This document shows positions 36,757 to 49,132 of a stretch of 64,000 nucleotides of DNA, in pieces. A program made the position numbers and the translations under genes. Positions within the stretch are counted from its first letter, which is position 1. Each line of letters begins with the position of its first letter. The DNA is taken from positions 248,001 to 312,000 of the forward strand of contig JAVKOQ020000017.1 of NCBI GenBank assembly GCA_031835245.2, given 5' to 3'. The DNA is from Balamuthia mandrillaris (Eukaryota). The notes below the pieces were generated by a model. That model made no database searches. It was not told the origin of the DNA and saw nothing but the letters and a program-made list of their open reading frames with translations.

Positions 36757-38454
36757 ATGCAAAGCTATGCCCCACCCCCATGTTCCATGGTGGCAACGGC
36801 GATGCCACCGCCTATGACCGCTGGCACTGCTGCTGCCGCTGGCACTGCTGCTGGCCCCTATGACACCACAGGCTTTCAGCAGCACCAGCCTTACCCTTCC
36901 ACCTTGGCCTCATTCCCTGCTGCTGCTGCTGTGGGCTCCATGGCCGCCGTCGCCACTCCCCCAGCCACCTTCTAGTACCATTCTTCTTCTTGTTCTTCTT
37001 CTTGTTCTTCTTCTTCTTGTTCTTCTTCTTCTTGTTCTTCTTCTTCTTCTTCTTTCTTCTTTCTTCTCTTCTTCTTCTTCTTCTTCTTCTTCTTCTTCTT
37101 CTTCTTCTTCTTGTTCTTCTTCTTCTTCTTCTTTTTCTTCTTTGTCGTCCCTCCTTCTTTTGCTTTCTTCTTCATTTCGTTTTTGTGTTACACATATTTA
37201 TATGAGTTCCAACCAACTCTCTATAGCAGCGGTGCTCCAATGGGTATTCCAACGACAACAATGATGGCTCCCACGACCTCTGTTGGGCTGCAGCAACCGC
37301 CGGCGGAGGTGCTGGTCTTTGGCAAAGCCCAGTTGAAGAAGAACCAGTACTCGGAGAAGCAGCAGCTCAAGGCCGAGGAGAAGAAGCACAAGTACCAAAA
37401 GAAGCAGTTAAAGAAATACGAGAAGACCGCTGCTGCCGCCTTCCCTTCCTCAGCCGCCATGTCCTCCCCTCCTCCCCCTTCTGTCTATCCTTCTGCCGCA
37501 CCAGTGGGGTTTGCTCCTCCCCCTTCTTCTTCCATCTACCCTCCTTCTGCCCCTGTTTCTGCTCTGCCTCAGCCCTCTGCTGTCTACCCGCCTTCTGCCT
37601 CTGTCTATCCCCCTCAGACCGGTATGATGATGATGGGAGGAGGGTCGGTTGGCATTTTGGCGATGGAGAAGCAGTACGTGGATGGTAAGGTCCACACCTA
37701 TGCCCAGGGCCAAGGCATCAAGGCACAGATCAAGATTGATAAGAAGACTCAAAAGGTTTATTATCTTGTGGTTTTCTTTCTTATCATTTCTCTCTCTCTC
37801 TCTCGTCTTGCTTTTCTCTTGCCCTTTCTTATCATTTCTCTCTCTCTCTCTCTCTCTCTCGTCTTTCTTTTCTCTTGCCCTTGTTCTTGTTCTTGTTCTT
37901 GTTCTTGTTCTTGTTCTTGTTCTTGTTCTTCTTGTTCTTCTTCTTGTTCTTGTTCTTGTTCTTCTTCTTGTTCCTCTTCTTCTTGTTCTTGTTCTTCTTC
38001 TTCTTCTTCTTCTTCTTCTTCTTCTTCTTCTTCCTCCTCCTCTTCTTCTTGTATCTTTCGTTTTTTGTTTCTATACTTATAACTTCCTATAATAATGGCT
38101 ATATAACAGTACGACGAAAAGGCTGCCAAAAAGATGCACAAACTCGAAAAAGAAAACGCCAAAAAGCAAGACAAGTATCAAATGTACCAACAAGCCTATC
38201 ATCAACACCAAGCACTCGGGGCAGCGCCTTCCCTCTATCCTTCCACCGCATCTCATCTCCCAGCAACAATGCTTCCCTCTGCTTCTTTTGTTGCTCCTCA
38301 ACAACATCCTTCTCTTTATCCCGCTTCTTCCTCCTCCTTTTCTGCTGTCTCATCCTCCACTTTTGCAGCGGCCACGGAGCAACAACACCAATGGCCAAGC
38401 GTTCCTCCTCAAACCTGGGATCCTTCTCCTCCTCCTACTATTCATCACCAGTAA
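36757..38454 (+). CDS. Pro/Ala/Tyr-rich low-complexity protein with Lys/Gln-rich helical repeats (2 introns)
   Basis: Three exons joined by microsatellite-filled GT-AG introns; repeated SVYPPSA motifs. Confidence 0.65.
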
Positions 38455-38510
38455 TGCAACATATCAACATATAACATGCACTCATTCTTTTTTTTTTCTC
38501 CCATTCTTTC

Positions 38511-40892
38511 TTATTGCAGACAACACCCTTTTTGCTTATCCACTTCTCCATTCCTTCTTCGAACCTCATGGTTCTCCGGTGAGGAGGATGCGAAGCTCCA
38601 ACAACGCATTCTGTGGTCGGTGGAGCAGGTGTAGAGGTTTGGCTCGTGGGGAGAGCAATAGAGTCCGCTGATCCATCCTACGTGTGCCTCGAAGCTCCTT
38701 GATAGCTGCCCCTTCTGCACGTCCCATACTTTGATCAGTCCATCTCTCCCTCCTTTTTTTGTTGTGTTGTGCTTGTGAGTAAGAGAACAAGCAGCAAGCT
38801 CACAATAGATCTAAAGCAAACGAACCAGAAACTATCTTAATAGGGTCAACGTGAAGATTCCAAACGCTTCCTTCGTGACGATACAAACACTCATAACTCT
38901 GCTTTGCAAAGTCACAGTGGAGGACCTGGTGGCCTCCATCCACGTTGCTGCATGCCGCTATAGCCGTGTCCTCCTGGGGATTGTAGACAAAAGTGGAGAA
39001 ACCTACCGACAGCGAAATGTCGTTTGAGGAGGCCACTGACGAGGAAGCGGACTGTTCTGTCTCAATTGCACTTCGCTGGAGGCCTATAATAGTGCAGAAG
39101 CAAAAAAATTTAGAAGAGAAAGAGGGGAAGAGAATAAAGAGGGAAAGAGAAAAAGAAACCAGTTCGAAGATCCCAAAGGTGTAGGCTTTCCATGGAGGAT
39201 GCAACCAGAGTCAGCTGATCGGTGTTAAGTTGAAGGGCTGTAATGCGGGAGTTATATCCGTTTGAAAAGTTGAACACGTCGTTCATCTTCTGTGGCATTC
39301 TTCATATTGACACAAAGAAAAAGACAAATAAATAAAGCAAAAACACCCAAAGGAAAGAGTAAAGTGAAAGAGGAAGATGCGCTCACCGAATATCCCACAA
39401 AGTGGAAACACCCTCACGAGAGCCAGTAGCCAAATAGCCTTCTTTGAGCTGCAGCTGACAAACTGCATTGTTGCATTTGGCCACGGCCATCACATGAGCA
39501 GCGGCCTCGACGTCCCACACGTTCAGCTTGGCAAGCGTGTTGGTGTTTGGTCCTGTGCCACCGCTCACTAACGTGGTTCCTTCGAGGCCGCAACACCAAA
39601 CGGAACCGGGGTGATGGTCTGAGAAGATGTGAAGAGGTTTTTGTGCCTTAGAGGAGGCAGTCGCTGACGATGAAGTGGCTTCCGATGCTGTTTCTATAGC
39701 TTCGGTAGGTTCATCTGCAAAGCGTTCATAGAGAAATGAGAAGAAGAAGAAGAAGAAGAAGAAGAAGAAGAAGAAGAAGAAGAAGAACAGGAACAAGAAC
39801 AAGAACAAGAACAAGAACAAGAACAAGAACAAGAACAAGAACAAGAACAAGAACAAGAAGAACCAAGAACGAAGAAGAAGAACGAAGAAGAGTAGAAAAA
39901 AACAAGAAGAACAAGAACAAAAGAGAAGAGAAAGAGACCACAAGCTTCACGAAGCAACTGTTGCGTGGGCTTCCATAGACACACGTTTGTGTCTGAAGAA
40001 CCAGTAGCTATAACTCGATCGCTGGCTGCAATGCAACGAACCCATGATAAGTGATGATGAAGAGTCGCCAAACAGCTTCGTTCTTCTTGTTCTTCTTGTT
40101 CTTTAGACGTTGCGTTGGACACATTCCATACTTTAACGTCGCCTTCTTTGCCACCTGTTAGCAGACATTCGTTTGCTATGTCGGCTATCATACAGAATAT
40201 TTGGCCCTATTTGTTGTTTGCAGGTGAGAAAGCAAGGAAGCAAAGAACAAGAAGAAAGAAGAAAAAACCCTATGCGTGCCCATTTCAGTGCGTGAAGGGA
40301 GTCGCTCCGTTGAACTTAGCCAACTTTTGTCAACAGCTCTCCTCTTCCAATAATAATACCGATAAGAAGAAGCGGAAGAAGCAGAGCTAGACGTCAGTCG
40401 CTGCTCTGGCTGTTGCTGTAGCTCTTTACGGTCATTGCTATCGTCTTGCTCCTTTTTCTTTTCTCTCCTCTTTTCTCTCTTCTTCTCTTTCTCTTTTTTC
40501 TTGCCCTTATGGCTCTGCTTTCTCATTGTGGCTGACAAGAATGACATAGAGGTCACTTCTCCTTCTTCTTCTTCGTCAAACTGAGCAAAGCTTCTCCAAC
40601 GTTGCCGACACAGCGACCGCCAAAGGGAGCCCTCGGAGGTGACCACCTCCCGAAAGAGGCGGCAGGTCGCTCCAAAGCGGAGCAAGGAAGCGGCGTCCAA
40701 CAATTCCAGGACGGAGAGCAGCAATTCCGTCGGCAATTGGTGCATGAAGATCACGACGTGGTTGTTTTTTTTCTCTCGTTTGCTGTTGCGGAGGAGGTTT
40801 GGTTGTGGTTGTTGTGCTTGGTTCTCTCCTTCCTCGTGAGGGTGCTGAGGTCCTTCCATCGTTGTTTCTTCTTTTGCTTTTTGCTTCAACAT
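38511..40892 (-). CDS. F-box/WD40-repeat protein ending in a CaaX-like motif (5 introns)
   Basis: F-box QLPTELLLSVLELLDAASLLRFGATCRLF. WD repeats include LLTGGKEGDVKVWN, IATGSSDTNVCLWK, LATGSREGVSTLWD and VSG|GRDGLIKVWD. C-terminus is GCCLQ*. Confidence 0.9.
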
Positions 40893-41225
40893 ATAAATTA
40901 AAAATATTTGAAAAATTGAATTTTTTTGAAAATTAACAGATAGAGTCGATATTTCAGAATTTTAAGAAATTATTGGACAATGGAAATATGATAATAAAAT
41001 ATCGACAAATGGAAAACAATTGCCGATTATCATTCCAGTTTATTCGTTTATTTTTATGCGAAAGAAAAATGAGAAAAGAAAAGAAAAGAAAGAAGAAATG
41101 GAGAATAAGGCGGCCCTGTGCTTGTTTGTATTCTCAGAGTGTGAGTAGTTTATTTTTTTTTTTAAACCCACTCCTTCCTTCGAGGTGAGAGTTGAATATC
41201 TCTTTTAAACAAACAAACAAAAAAA

Positions 41226-42660
41226 ATGGGCGACGTGGTCATTTCTTCGCCATCACCGGCAGAACAGCAGCAAACCGAACTTCAAACCTTGGAAGCTCTT
41301 TTTCCATCTGAGTTCAAGAGTACATGTTTTTTGTTTTATTTTTGATCCTTTTCTTTTCTCACTTTTTTTTTTTGTTGTACAACAGAGCTGGAAGACAGCC
41401 CTCCCCGTTTTCAGCTTTGTTTGGCAGAAGAGGCGTTGTTGCTGCAAGTCACGTATAGCTCCGAATATCCTCTTCAGGCTCCCCTCTTGGAGGTGCTCAA
41501 CCTTAACCATGAGGATGAGCTTTGGAAGCGGGAAGACTGTCTACTCTTACAAGCCATTCTCTTGTCTGAGGTATTGTTCGTTTCCTGTCGTATTGTTCTT
41601 GTTCTTGTTCTACTGTTTCTTGTTCTTGTTCTTCGTTCTTCTTTCTTCTTGTTCTTCTTCTTCGTTCTTCGTTCTTCCTTCTTCTTTCTTCCCTCTTCCT
41701 GTTGTATTGATGTAATATGATAAATAGGCAGAAGTACATTTGGGAGTGCCTATGATACTTCCATTGGTGCAACGCGCCAAAGAATGGGCCGCTCAATGCA
41801 ACTCTACACAAGGACAACTGAACGGGGAAGAGGAAAATGGAGGCCAAGAAGACTGTTGTGAAGATGAAGAAGAATATGAAGACGATGAAGAAGAAGGATG
41901 GTGGGAAGGACCAAACGACGACGTGATGGTAGCCTTCAACAAAAAGAAGAAAAGAATAATTCACAACAATGCCAACACAAACAACGAAAAAGAACAAACG
42001 AATAACACGTTTGCTCAGCAACAAGTTGGGAGAAGACAACGCAGACGACAAAGAAGAAAACAACAACAGAAACTAGAAACGACATCCTCGACAACAAACA
42101 AAGACAAAGAAACAACACAAAACGAAGAAAAAGAAGAACCAGCAGAAACGATCGAACGAAGAGTTGCTCTTTTTAGAAAAGCTTCCTCTGAGTTACAACA
42201 TGTTGGTATGGTGGACCTGCAATCCATTCAATCCATCCTCGAAGCCACGTTAGACTACCTCAAGCAACGTTACTCCTCTCGTCCACTACCTCTTTCTCCT
42301 TCTCCTTCCTCTTCAGCCGATCTTTCATGTTCTTCCTGGAAGAAAGTTTGTTTGGAGTTCGTTTCAGAATACGACGTGCAGCTGCAATGCCAGGCACAGA
42401 CAGGAAGAATACAAATGGGACTGAGAACGTTGAAAGGAAGTTTTTGGGATGGCGTCACTTCGCGTTATCCGTTGGAGAAACGATTCTTGGAACAGCACGG
42501 CTTGGACAAGAGCAAAGAGGACGTCCTGTTCTGGTTTTTGTTGCACGAGTTTATGCATTTGTTCGCGGGAGGAGAGAAGCATACGGAAGAGTTCTTTAAG
42601 GCGGTCTTAGCTTTAGCTGCTGAGAATCGGTTCTTATTTTCAGAGACATTTTGTGCATAG
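41226..42660 (+). CDS. RWD-domain protein with C-terminal HExxH zincin-like domain (2 introns)
   Basis: RWD: QQTELQTLEALFP, EYPLQAP and GVPMILPLVQRAKEW. C-terminal LLHEFMHLFAGGEKHTEEFF. Confidence 0.82.
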
Positions 42661-42689
42661 TTGTGAATCGATACGGCTTTAAACAATCC

Positions 42690-43030
42690 CGTCTTTGTTA
42701 CAGGGTAACGCTCTCCAGCTACCTCTCCACGATGTACTGGAGACAGCCCTTGTGTCTTGCCAGTTTGGCAAAGTCAAAGGCCTCTCTGGCGTTGGAGCAG
42801 CCTCAAAGCTCTTACCGAGCCGAACGAAGCTGCCAAGGAGGTAACGAGGTAACGCCTTTTACCGTTGGCATAGCATCGTACGTTGTTCCACAGCAGCAAA
42901 CTTTTCCTGCGGGCTTGGCGGCCAACAGTTGGACCAACAAAGGAACGCTACCGCTCGGCGAGCAAGCGCTTTTCGTTAAGTCGATGCCAAGCCTTGCTCC
43001 TGCGGATGGCTTTCAATGCGAGCCTGCTGC
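42690..43030 (-). pseudogene. Possible decayed ankyrin-repeat gene fragment
   Basis: Broken frames give LAASFGSVRALRLLQ and FAKLARHKGCLQYIVER with stops and a frameshift. Confidence 0.3.
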
Positions 43031-43523
43031 CCTTGCCTGCCTCCGCTCACCATCAAAAGCTATATCCCGATAGAAAAAAAAAAAAAAAAACAGCAAGGTA
43101 CCAAGCGTCCAATGAAAAATCAAATCAAAAAGTGTTACAGATCAGATCAGCTGAAATGGTTCCTGGAAAAATTATCCAAAATTTTCGAAGAAAAACTAAC
43201 ACAGCTGAAAAAAAAAGTGAATTAAAGAAAAAAAGTGTAAGAGAGTCTGTTAGCACTAAGAGACCCCGCTTTTTTTTTTTGGGTCGTAGGAACTTGCGGG
43301 ATGTACGGGTTGATGCGTTATGAGTCTTGGGATTGTGTAAGTTTCAAAACCCTCCTGTCCACAATGGGAAAAAGAAGTTTTGGTGGTTTCCAAACTAATG
43401 CACGCCAAAAAACAAACTATTGCTTTATTGGATCTTTTTTGGCGAGCTTGATGTTGCGCATATTACGAGGCGTGTCCGGCTTTGCGGCGCCGCACATGGA
43501 ACAGCTCTCCTGCGCATCCTCGT

Positions 43524-45485
43524 TCAAGTACGTGCAAGCGGGCTAGAAACTGAAAGCTCTTGATGAGGAGAGCGCAAAGGCCACACTTGATCGACAAAAG
43601 AAGCAACAGGAGTTAGATGTGTTGACCCAGAAATGTAGTCATAGTTCTTCAAGTTGGAAGAAGGACGAAGACGAGGAGATAAGGGTTGATCCACTACGGA
43701 TGAAGATGACGAGGAAGAGGACTTATTGTTGCTCTTTGTTTGTTGGTACCAAGAGTGAACGTCTTTGTTGAGTTTTTGGAGAGATTCCCCAAAGAGCATG
43801 TCTTTCATGATGAGGTTTGTTTTCTCACAGCGATAGAGCTTCCTGCTCAACGTCTTTGTTTGATCTTCTACTTCTGCTATGTTGTGAGGAAAAACAAACT
43901 ATTTAAAAAGGGATTGAATAAGCCAAAGAGGAAGTTAATAAATACCAGCATCTTCCTCCTCGTCATCACTCAAGTACGTCGTCTCGCTGGTGGCTTCATC
44001 ACTGGTGGTAGAATCCTCGAGGCGGTAGGGACGCATGATGGCCACGAAACGACATTCCTCTCCTTCGAAAACTTCCGTCAAAATGAGTTCGATGGTAGTG
44101 ACGCTGCCATCCTTCCGCCTTGCTCGCAGCGGACGCGGTTTGCCTATCAACCTCTTTTCTCTCGATTGTTCATATCTTTACAGAAGGCAGAAAGAAAGAA
44201 AGAAACGACAAGAAAGAAAGGAGAATATCAAAGTTACAAAAAAGACGAGAGCAAGGTAGGAAAAGTGAAGAGAAAAAGGCATACCTTGTCATGAATTTGT
44301 GGTGCATTTGAGCCATGTGACTTTCCATCAAGACGGAAACGCTTTGGCCCACTATCTCCTCTTTGGTGTAGCCATAAAACTTATCAAAGCCCGTACTGAC
44401 ACCCAATACGGTCTGTTATAACGAGGCAGAGAGACAACGCTAAGAAAGAGACCGACAGAGAGAACAGGAGACAAGATAACGTACGCCACGTTGATCAGTA
44501 ACCACAACGACGTCATGCTTTTGCAGAGAGAAGTTGTCAATGTTCTCTTGTGTGGTTTGCCAGGAAGCTCCCGCTTGGCCCTCGCGCGACTGTTCACAGA
44601 GCAGCGTTATCCAGTCGTTCATTTCCTTGTTGTCTTGGGCTTGCAGGAAGAACATGTCTTTGGATTTTTTGTGTCCCTTGGTCACTGTAGCATAAAGGCA
44701 TACACGTGTTAGCGTCTGAAGAAAGCAAGAAGTAAACTACAAGAAAAGAGACAACAGAAAAAGCGGAAGAACGAGAGTGAAGTGAGAACGAGAAATAACG
44801 AGCACAATAGAGCAGGAAGAGAAGAGAAGAAAAAGAGCCCAGGAGAAAGTGAGGAGAGGTTAGTGTGAAAAGAGAGAAAAGAAAAAGGAGAACCAGTTCT
44901 GGCGAGACTAAATGAAAAAGGTCTTCCGGTGAGTGACTCAGCTTGCCGTATGATAACGTGACTCACATCCATAATCTTGACAGGTTTGGCGGCCTATATC
45001 ATCCCATCGTTACAGCATTCAAAAGTGAGTCGGAACAAAGAAGAGCACAAAAAAGAAGAGGAAAGAGAGGAGGAAAGAGTGTCGGGAGTGTAGGCTAAAC
45101 GTACGCCTTCATACTTGTACTCAGCGAGATAGTTCAGCTTCAGCACGAACCAACCCTCCTTCCAACGCCCCCAAAAGTTTTTGGTGCTAAGCCGTCCCTG
45201 TTTGGTGACCGGCGCGGAGAGGCGCACAAACTCCGAGTGGGTGAGGGCGGTGTCCTCCTTCACCGTCTTTTTCTGCTTCTTCTTGTTCGGTTCGTTGTCT
45301 TTTTTGTGGGCTTGCTTCTTCTCTTTGTGGTGTTTGCGGTGTTTGTGATGTTGAGAGTGAGAAGGAAGTTGAAGGTGGTGGGAGTGCGAATGCTGCTCTT
45401 GTTGCTGTTCTTGTTGCTGCTGCTGCTTGTCCTTCTTGTCGTGAGAAGCTCCGTTTTTGCTGCCACCTCGAATGAGCTTCTCCAT
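43524..45485 (-). CDS. PH domain plus FixL-like (heme-type) PAS domain protein (5 introns; exact 3' end uncertain)
   Basis: PH: KQGRLSTKNFWGRWKEGWFVLK...FFLQAQDNKEMNDWITLL. PAS: DVVVVTDQRG|TVLGVSTGFDKFYGYTKEEIVGQSVSVLM...MHHKFMTR|YEQSREKRLIGKPRPLRARRKDGS...FVAIMR. Confidence 0.88.
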
Positions 45486-46552
45486 TCCTCTTTGCCAACA
45501 CAACAAACACAACAGGTAAACTTTTTTTCTTGTAGTTGTTGTCTCCTGTTGTTTTTTTCTACCGTTGGGGATCACCTAGTGTGGTTTTGTTGCAAACAAA
45601 ACAAAGAAAAATGAAGCTCAACTATAACTTTCCTAATTGTCTGTGTCTTCCTGGGTCGCCCTTTTCCACCTCCGGAGGAATAAGTGAGGGATATAGTAAT
45701 AGCGTTCAAAAAAAGCAATTTGCGTGCCGCTTCGTGGAAGAATGTGCGTTCACTCCTGGACAGACTGCCTAACGTTCTCGTTATCTGGTTTTTTTTTTTC
45801 GTTTTGGGAAGACCAACATGGAAAAACACGAGACTGAATGCCCTTGCTTGCAACTTCTCAGAAAAAAATAGCGGGAGACCAAACGGGTGGTGTGAAGTCG
45901 CGCTGTATCTCTGGCCTTTCCTTTTTCTTGTGGAATCTGGATGACAAAAAGCCTCTCTTCGATGTCCATGGTTTTGCTGACGTCATGTTTCCACCAGGTG
46001 CTCTCTCATACCATCTGACGTCATCCCTTTCCGTGAGACACCGTCCATCCGCAAAAGCTGCGTTGCACCGCTGGAATGCGACCTCAGATCAGATCCAGCT
46101 TGCGGAAATTTAATCATTGTAATTTTCCAAATCGCGATAACCGGAGAATTTCAAATTCGCCTAAAATTCGTAAAGAAAATCGGTAAATGTCGACACAAAA
46201 ACGAAGCGATAAATAAACAAACACAACGAAAGTAAACGTAAAGCATTGGAGGAAAACTCCCTTCTCGTCCTCGTCCTCGTCCTTGTTTTTAAAAAAACAA
46301 ATCAGATTTTGAAGAGAGAGCTCTCTTTGGTTGAAACTCGTTTTTGTTTTTTTTAAAGAAAAAACTTTTTGGCTCCGGTTGGTACGTACGTGCAGAGGAG
46401 AGAGCCAACAAAAGAGAGAGAGAGCGCACGCACGCTTGCTAACCTCTTCGTTCTTCAACGGATCTGTTAGTACAAAAGGTGGTTGGGTGCACCTGTCCTG
46501 TGTACATACGAGAAGTGGGTGGGACCAACTTTTCATAGAGTGCAAAAAAAAA

Positions 46553-49132
46553 ATGCAAACAACAACAACTGTCCAATCGAAACGTCGTTCTCCTTCCTCC
46601 GAAGAACCTATCGACGACGCTTCGTCTTCTTCTTCCTCCACAGAAGACGAATCCTCCTCCCCCTCCGCCACCGCCACCACTGCCACTACCTCCTCCTCCT
46701 CCACAAAGCCTTCTTCAGAAGACCGCTCCTTTGCCTTTCGCTCCCGCCGCAGCCGCAGCATAGGGGACCTCAAAGAGTACGAGTCGCGCCTCCGCCGCTT
46801 TGAGAACTTTGTGGCCACGCTGCCGGGCAAGCTCCGCGACAAGCACCACTACATCCAGGAGCTGCGGCGCATCCCTGCCCTGCTGCTGCAGAACTCTGCC
46901 TCGTGGGCTGGCCTGGGGGAGGGCCGGAGGGGCTCGCTGTTTGGCCGGAGGCCTTCGCTGTTTGGCAGAAGAGGCGGCGGGGCTCTGCAGAGAAACCAAG
47001 GCGATGAGGAGGTGGAGTTTGACCCGGTGACGGGACAAAAGCTGGTGAGCGAGAACAAGATGGAGCCGGATGACTCCATGCCGAAGACGCCGTTGAGCTT
47101 CAAGGTGGTGATGGTGGTGTTGATGCCGTTCTTCCCGGTGTTTCTGTACGCGCTTCTGTTTTTCTTTTCTTCGTGGTTCCAGTTCATGTATCTCTTGTTT
47201 ATATTGTGCTATTTTGCTGTTCTTGTTGGTACGTCACCTTCTCTTCTTGTTTTGCTCGCTTTCTCGCACTCTTCTCTTTTTGCTTCTCTGTCTGTTTTTG
47301 CTCTTCTCTTCTTCTTCTCTTCTTCTTCTCTCTTCTTCTTATTCTTTTCACTTCTCTTCTATCGTTACTCATGATTTTGGCTTGCATGAATGGCACAATG
47401 CAGCTTGGGTTATAACGGAAATTGCTATCCGACCGCCATGGTACATACCCACCAAACCAGAAGAAGGTCTTACTGACCAACAGATACCTGCCTATTGGCA
47501 AGGCATCTGTCACAACCCCAAGGTAATTTGCTCTTCTCTGTTTGAGTTATTTCTGTCTGTTTGTCTTTCCTTTGTGTCTCTGCTCATCACTGTTATCAAT
47601 GATCAGTATGATTTGGGTCTCGATTATGACGACGTAGAGTTCTTCTCCGAAAAGAACAACTGTACACTTCGCGGATGGTTCATCGGCGCTGCTCCTACCT
47701 CCTCTGTCACAACGCCAAAAGCAGAAGACGGGGCGAGTAAAGACAAATCCGCAACCTCCTCCGGATCCCTAGGCATCGTCTTTGTTCACGGAGGAGGCAG
47801 AGACAGAAGAGCTTTTCTTCGTCACGTGCCTCTTTTCTATAAGCAAGGTTATGGCATGCTTCTCTTTGACTTTAGCGAGCACGGCACCAGCGATAGTACC
47901 ACTCGTGGCTTCTCCTATGGCATCAGAGAGCAGCATGACGTTCATGCTGCCGTAAAATGGATGAAGGAGCAAAAAGGCTTTCGCCGCATCGTTGTGTTTG
48001 GTACTTCAGTAGGAGGGTCCAGCGTTATCATGGCTGCTGCCTCTGATCCTGATAATCGTATCGACGCGGTTATTGCTGAGAATCCTGTTGCTTGTGCTGG
48101 TTTGTTAGACATTTCTTGTTCTCTCTCTCTATTTATGTTATCGTTCTCGCCCTTTCTCTTGTTCTTACATTGCTGTTTATTACAGAGGAATTTGCCATAT
48201 TCCATTTGAAAAAGATGTTGAGCGTATATGCCCCCAAAACTAGCAACTCAATCTTCATCATGCCTTTCTACAAGCTAGTGGCCCTCATCTTTCTCATCCG
48301 CATCGGCGCTCTCACCAAGGGCTACGAGAGACCCTACCTCTGCGTGAGCAAGCTATCTCCTCGCCCGCTATTGCTGATGCACGGCACTTCTGACGATCTC
48401 GTACCACCTCAACACTCTGAGCTCATTTACGCCAATGCTAAAGAGCCGCGAGACTTGTGGCTCGCTAAGGATGCCTGGCATTGCGCTCTTTATGACAAAG
48501 ACCCGGTGGAGTATGGCGTCAGAGTGCACGCTTTTCTTAACAAGTATTTCCATTCGGAGGTGCCTCCCTCGCCGCGTCCTCGTTCTTCTTCTTTGCTGTC
48601 TCCCTCTGTTTCGACTGCTGGTGTAACGCCAACTACAGAGGAAGTTATCGCGGAAGAAGCTCGAGATGTACAGCGACAAAGAAAAGAGGAAGAAGAACAA
48701 CAACTACTTGAAAACGAGAACGCAAAGGAAAGAAGGAAGGAGAAAGTTGGAGAAGGAGAAGAAGAGGAGGAAGGAAAGAATGACGAGGAAGAACAAGAAG
48801 GCGAACAAGCCATTCGCAAAGGAATGGAAGAGAAGGTGAAAGAGATCCGAGAGGAGAAAGAGAGACACAACCAAGAGAGAAAGCGCATGGAAAGAGAGGA
48901 AGAGACCGAAGTGAAGAACAAGCTTCAAAGCATGCAGCCCATCCTGCAATCGCCCCTCAAACGGAGGTTCTCCTTCAACGTCATCGACAGTCTCCCTGTT
49001 CCGCTCAACCGACGACAGCAACAACTGCCCAAAACGTTCTCTGAGAAGAGGTTCAGCATCACTCAAGTGCCTGCGCAGCAACACCTCTCCAATCAAGGAG
49101 AAACGGATGCTTCTCACTTGCAAACGAATTAA
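46553..49132 (+). CDS. Membrane-anchored alpha/beta-fold serine hydrolase (3 introns)
   Basis: Two TM helices, then FVHGGG, FDFSEHGTS, nucleophile GTSVGG, LMHGTSDDLVP (Asp) and AWHCALY (His). Confidence 0.88.

Noticed and set aside
43543..43545. Stop-codon recoding (Sec/Pyl) at the missing Cys of the NZF fragment
   Set aside because: The codon is TAG, not TGA; no SECIS was seen; other genes in the window use TAG as a normal stop.
45978..46023. Two TGACGTCA (CRE-like) palindromes
   Set aside because: Only two nearby copies plus one near 60298; insufficient to call a regulatory element.
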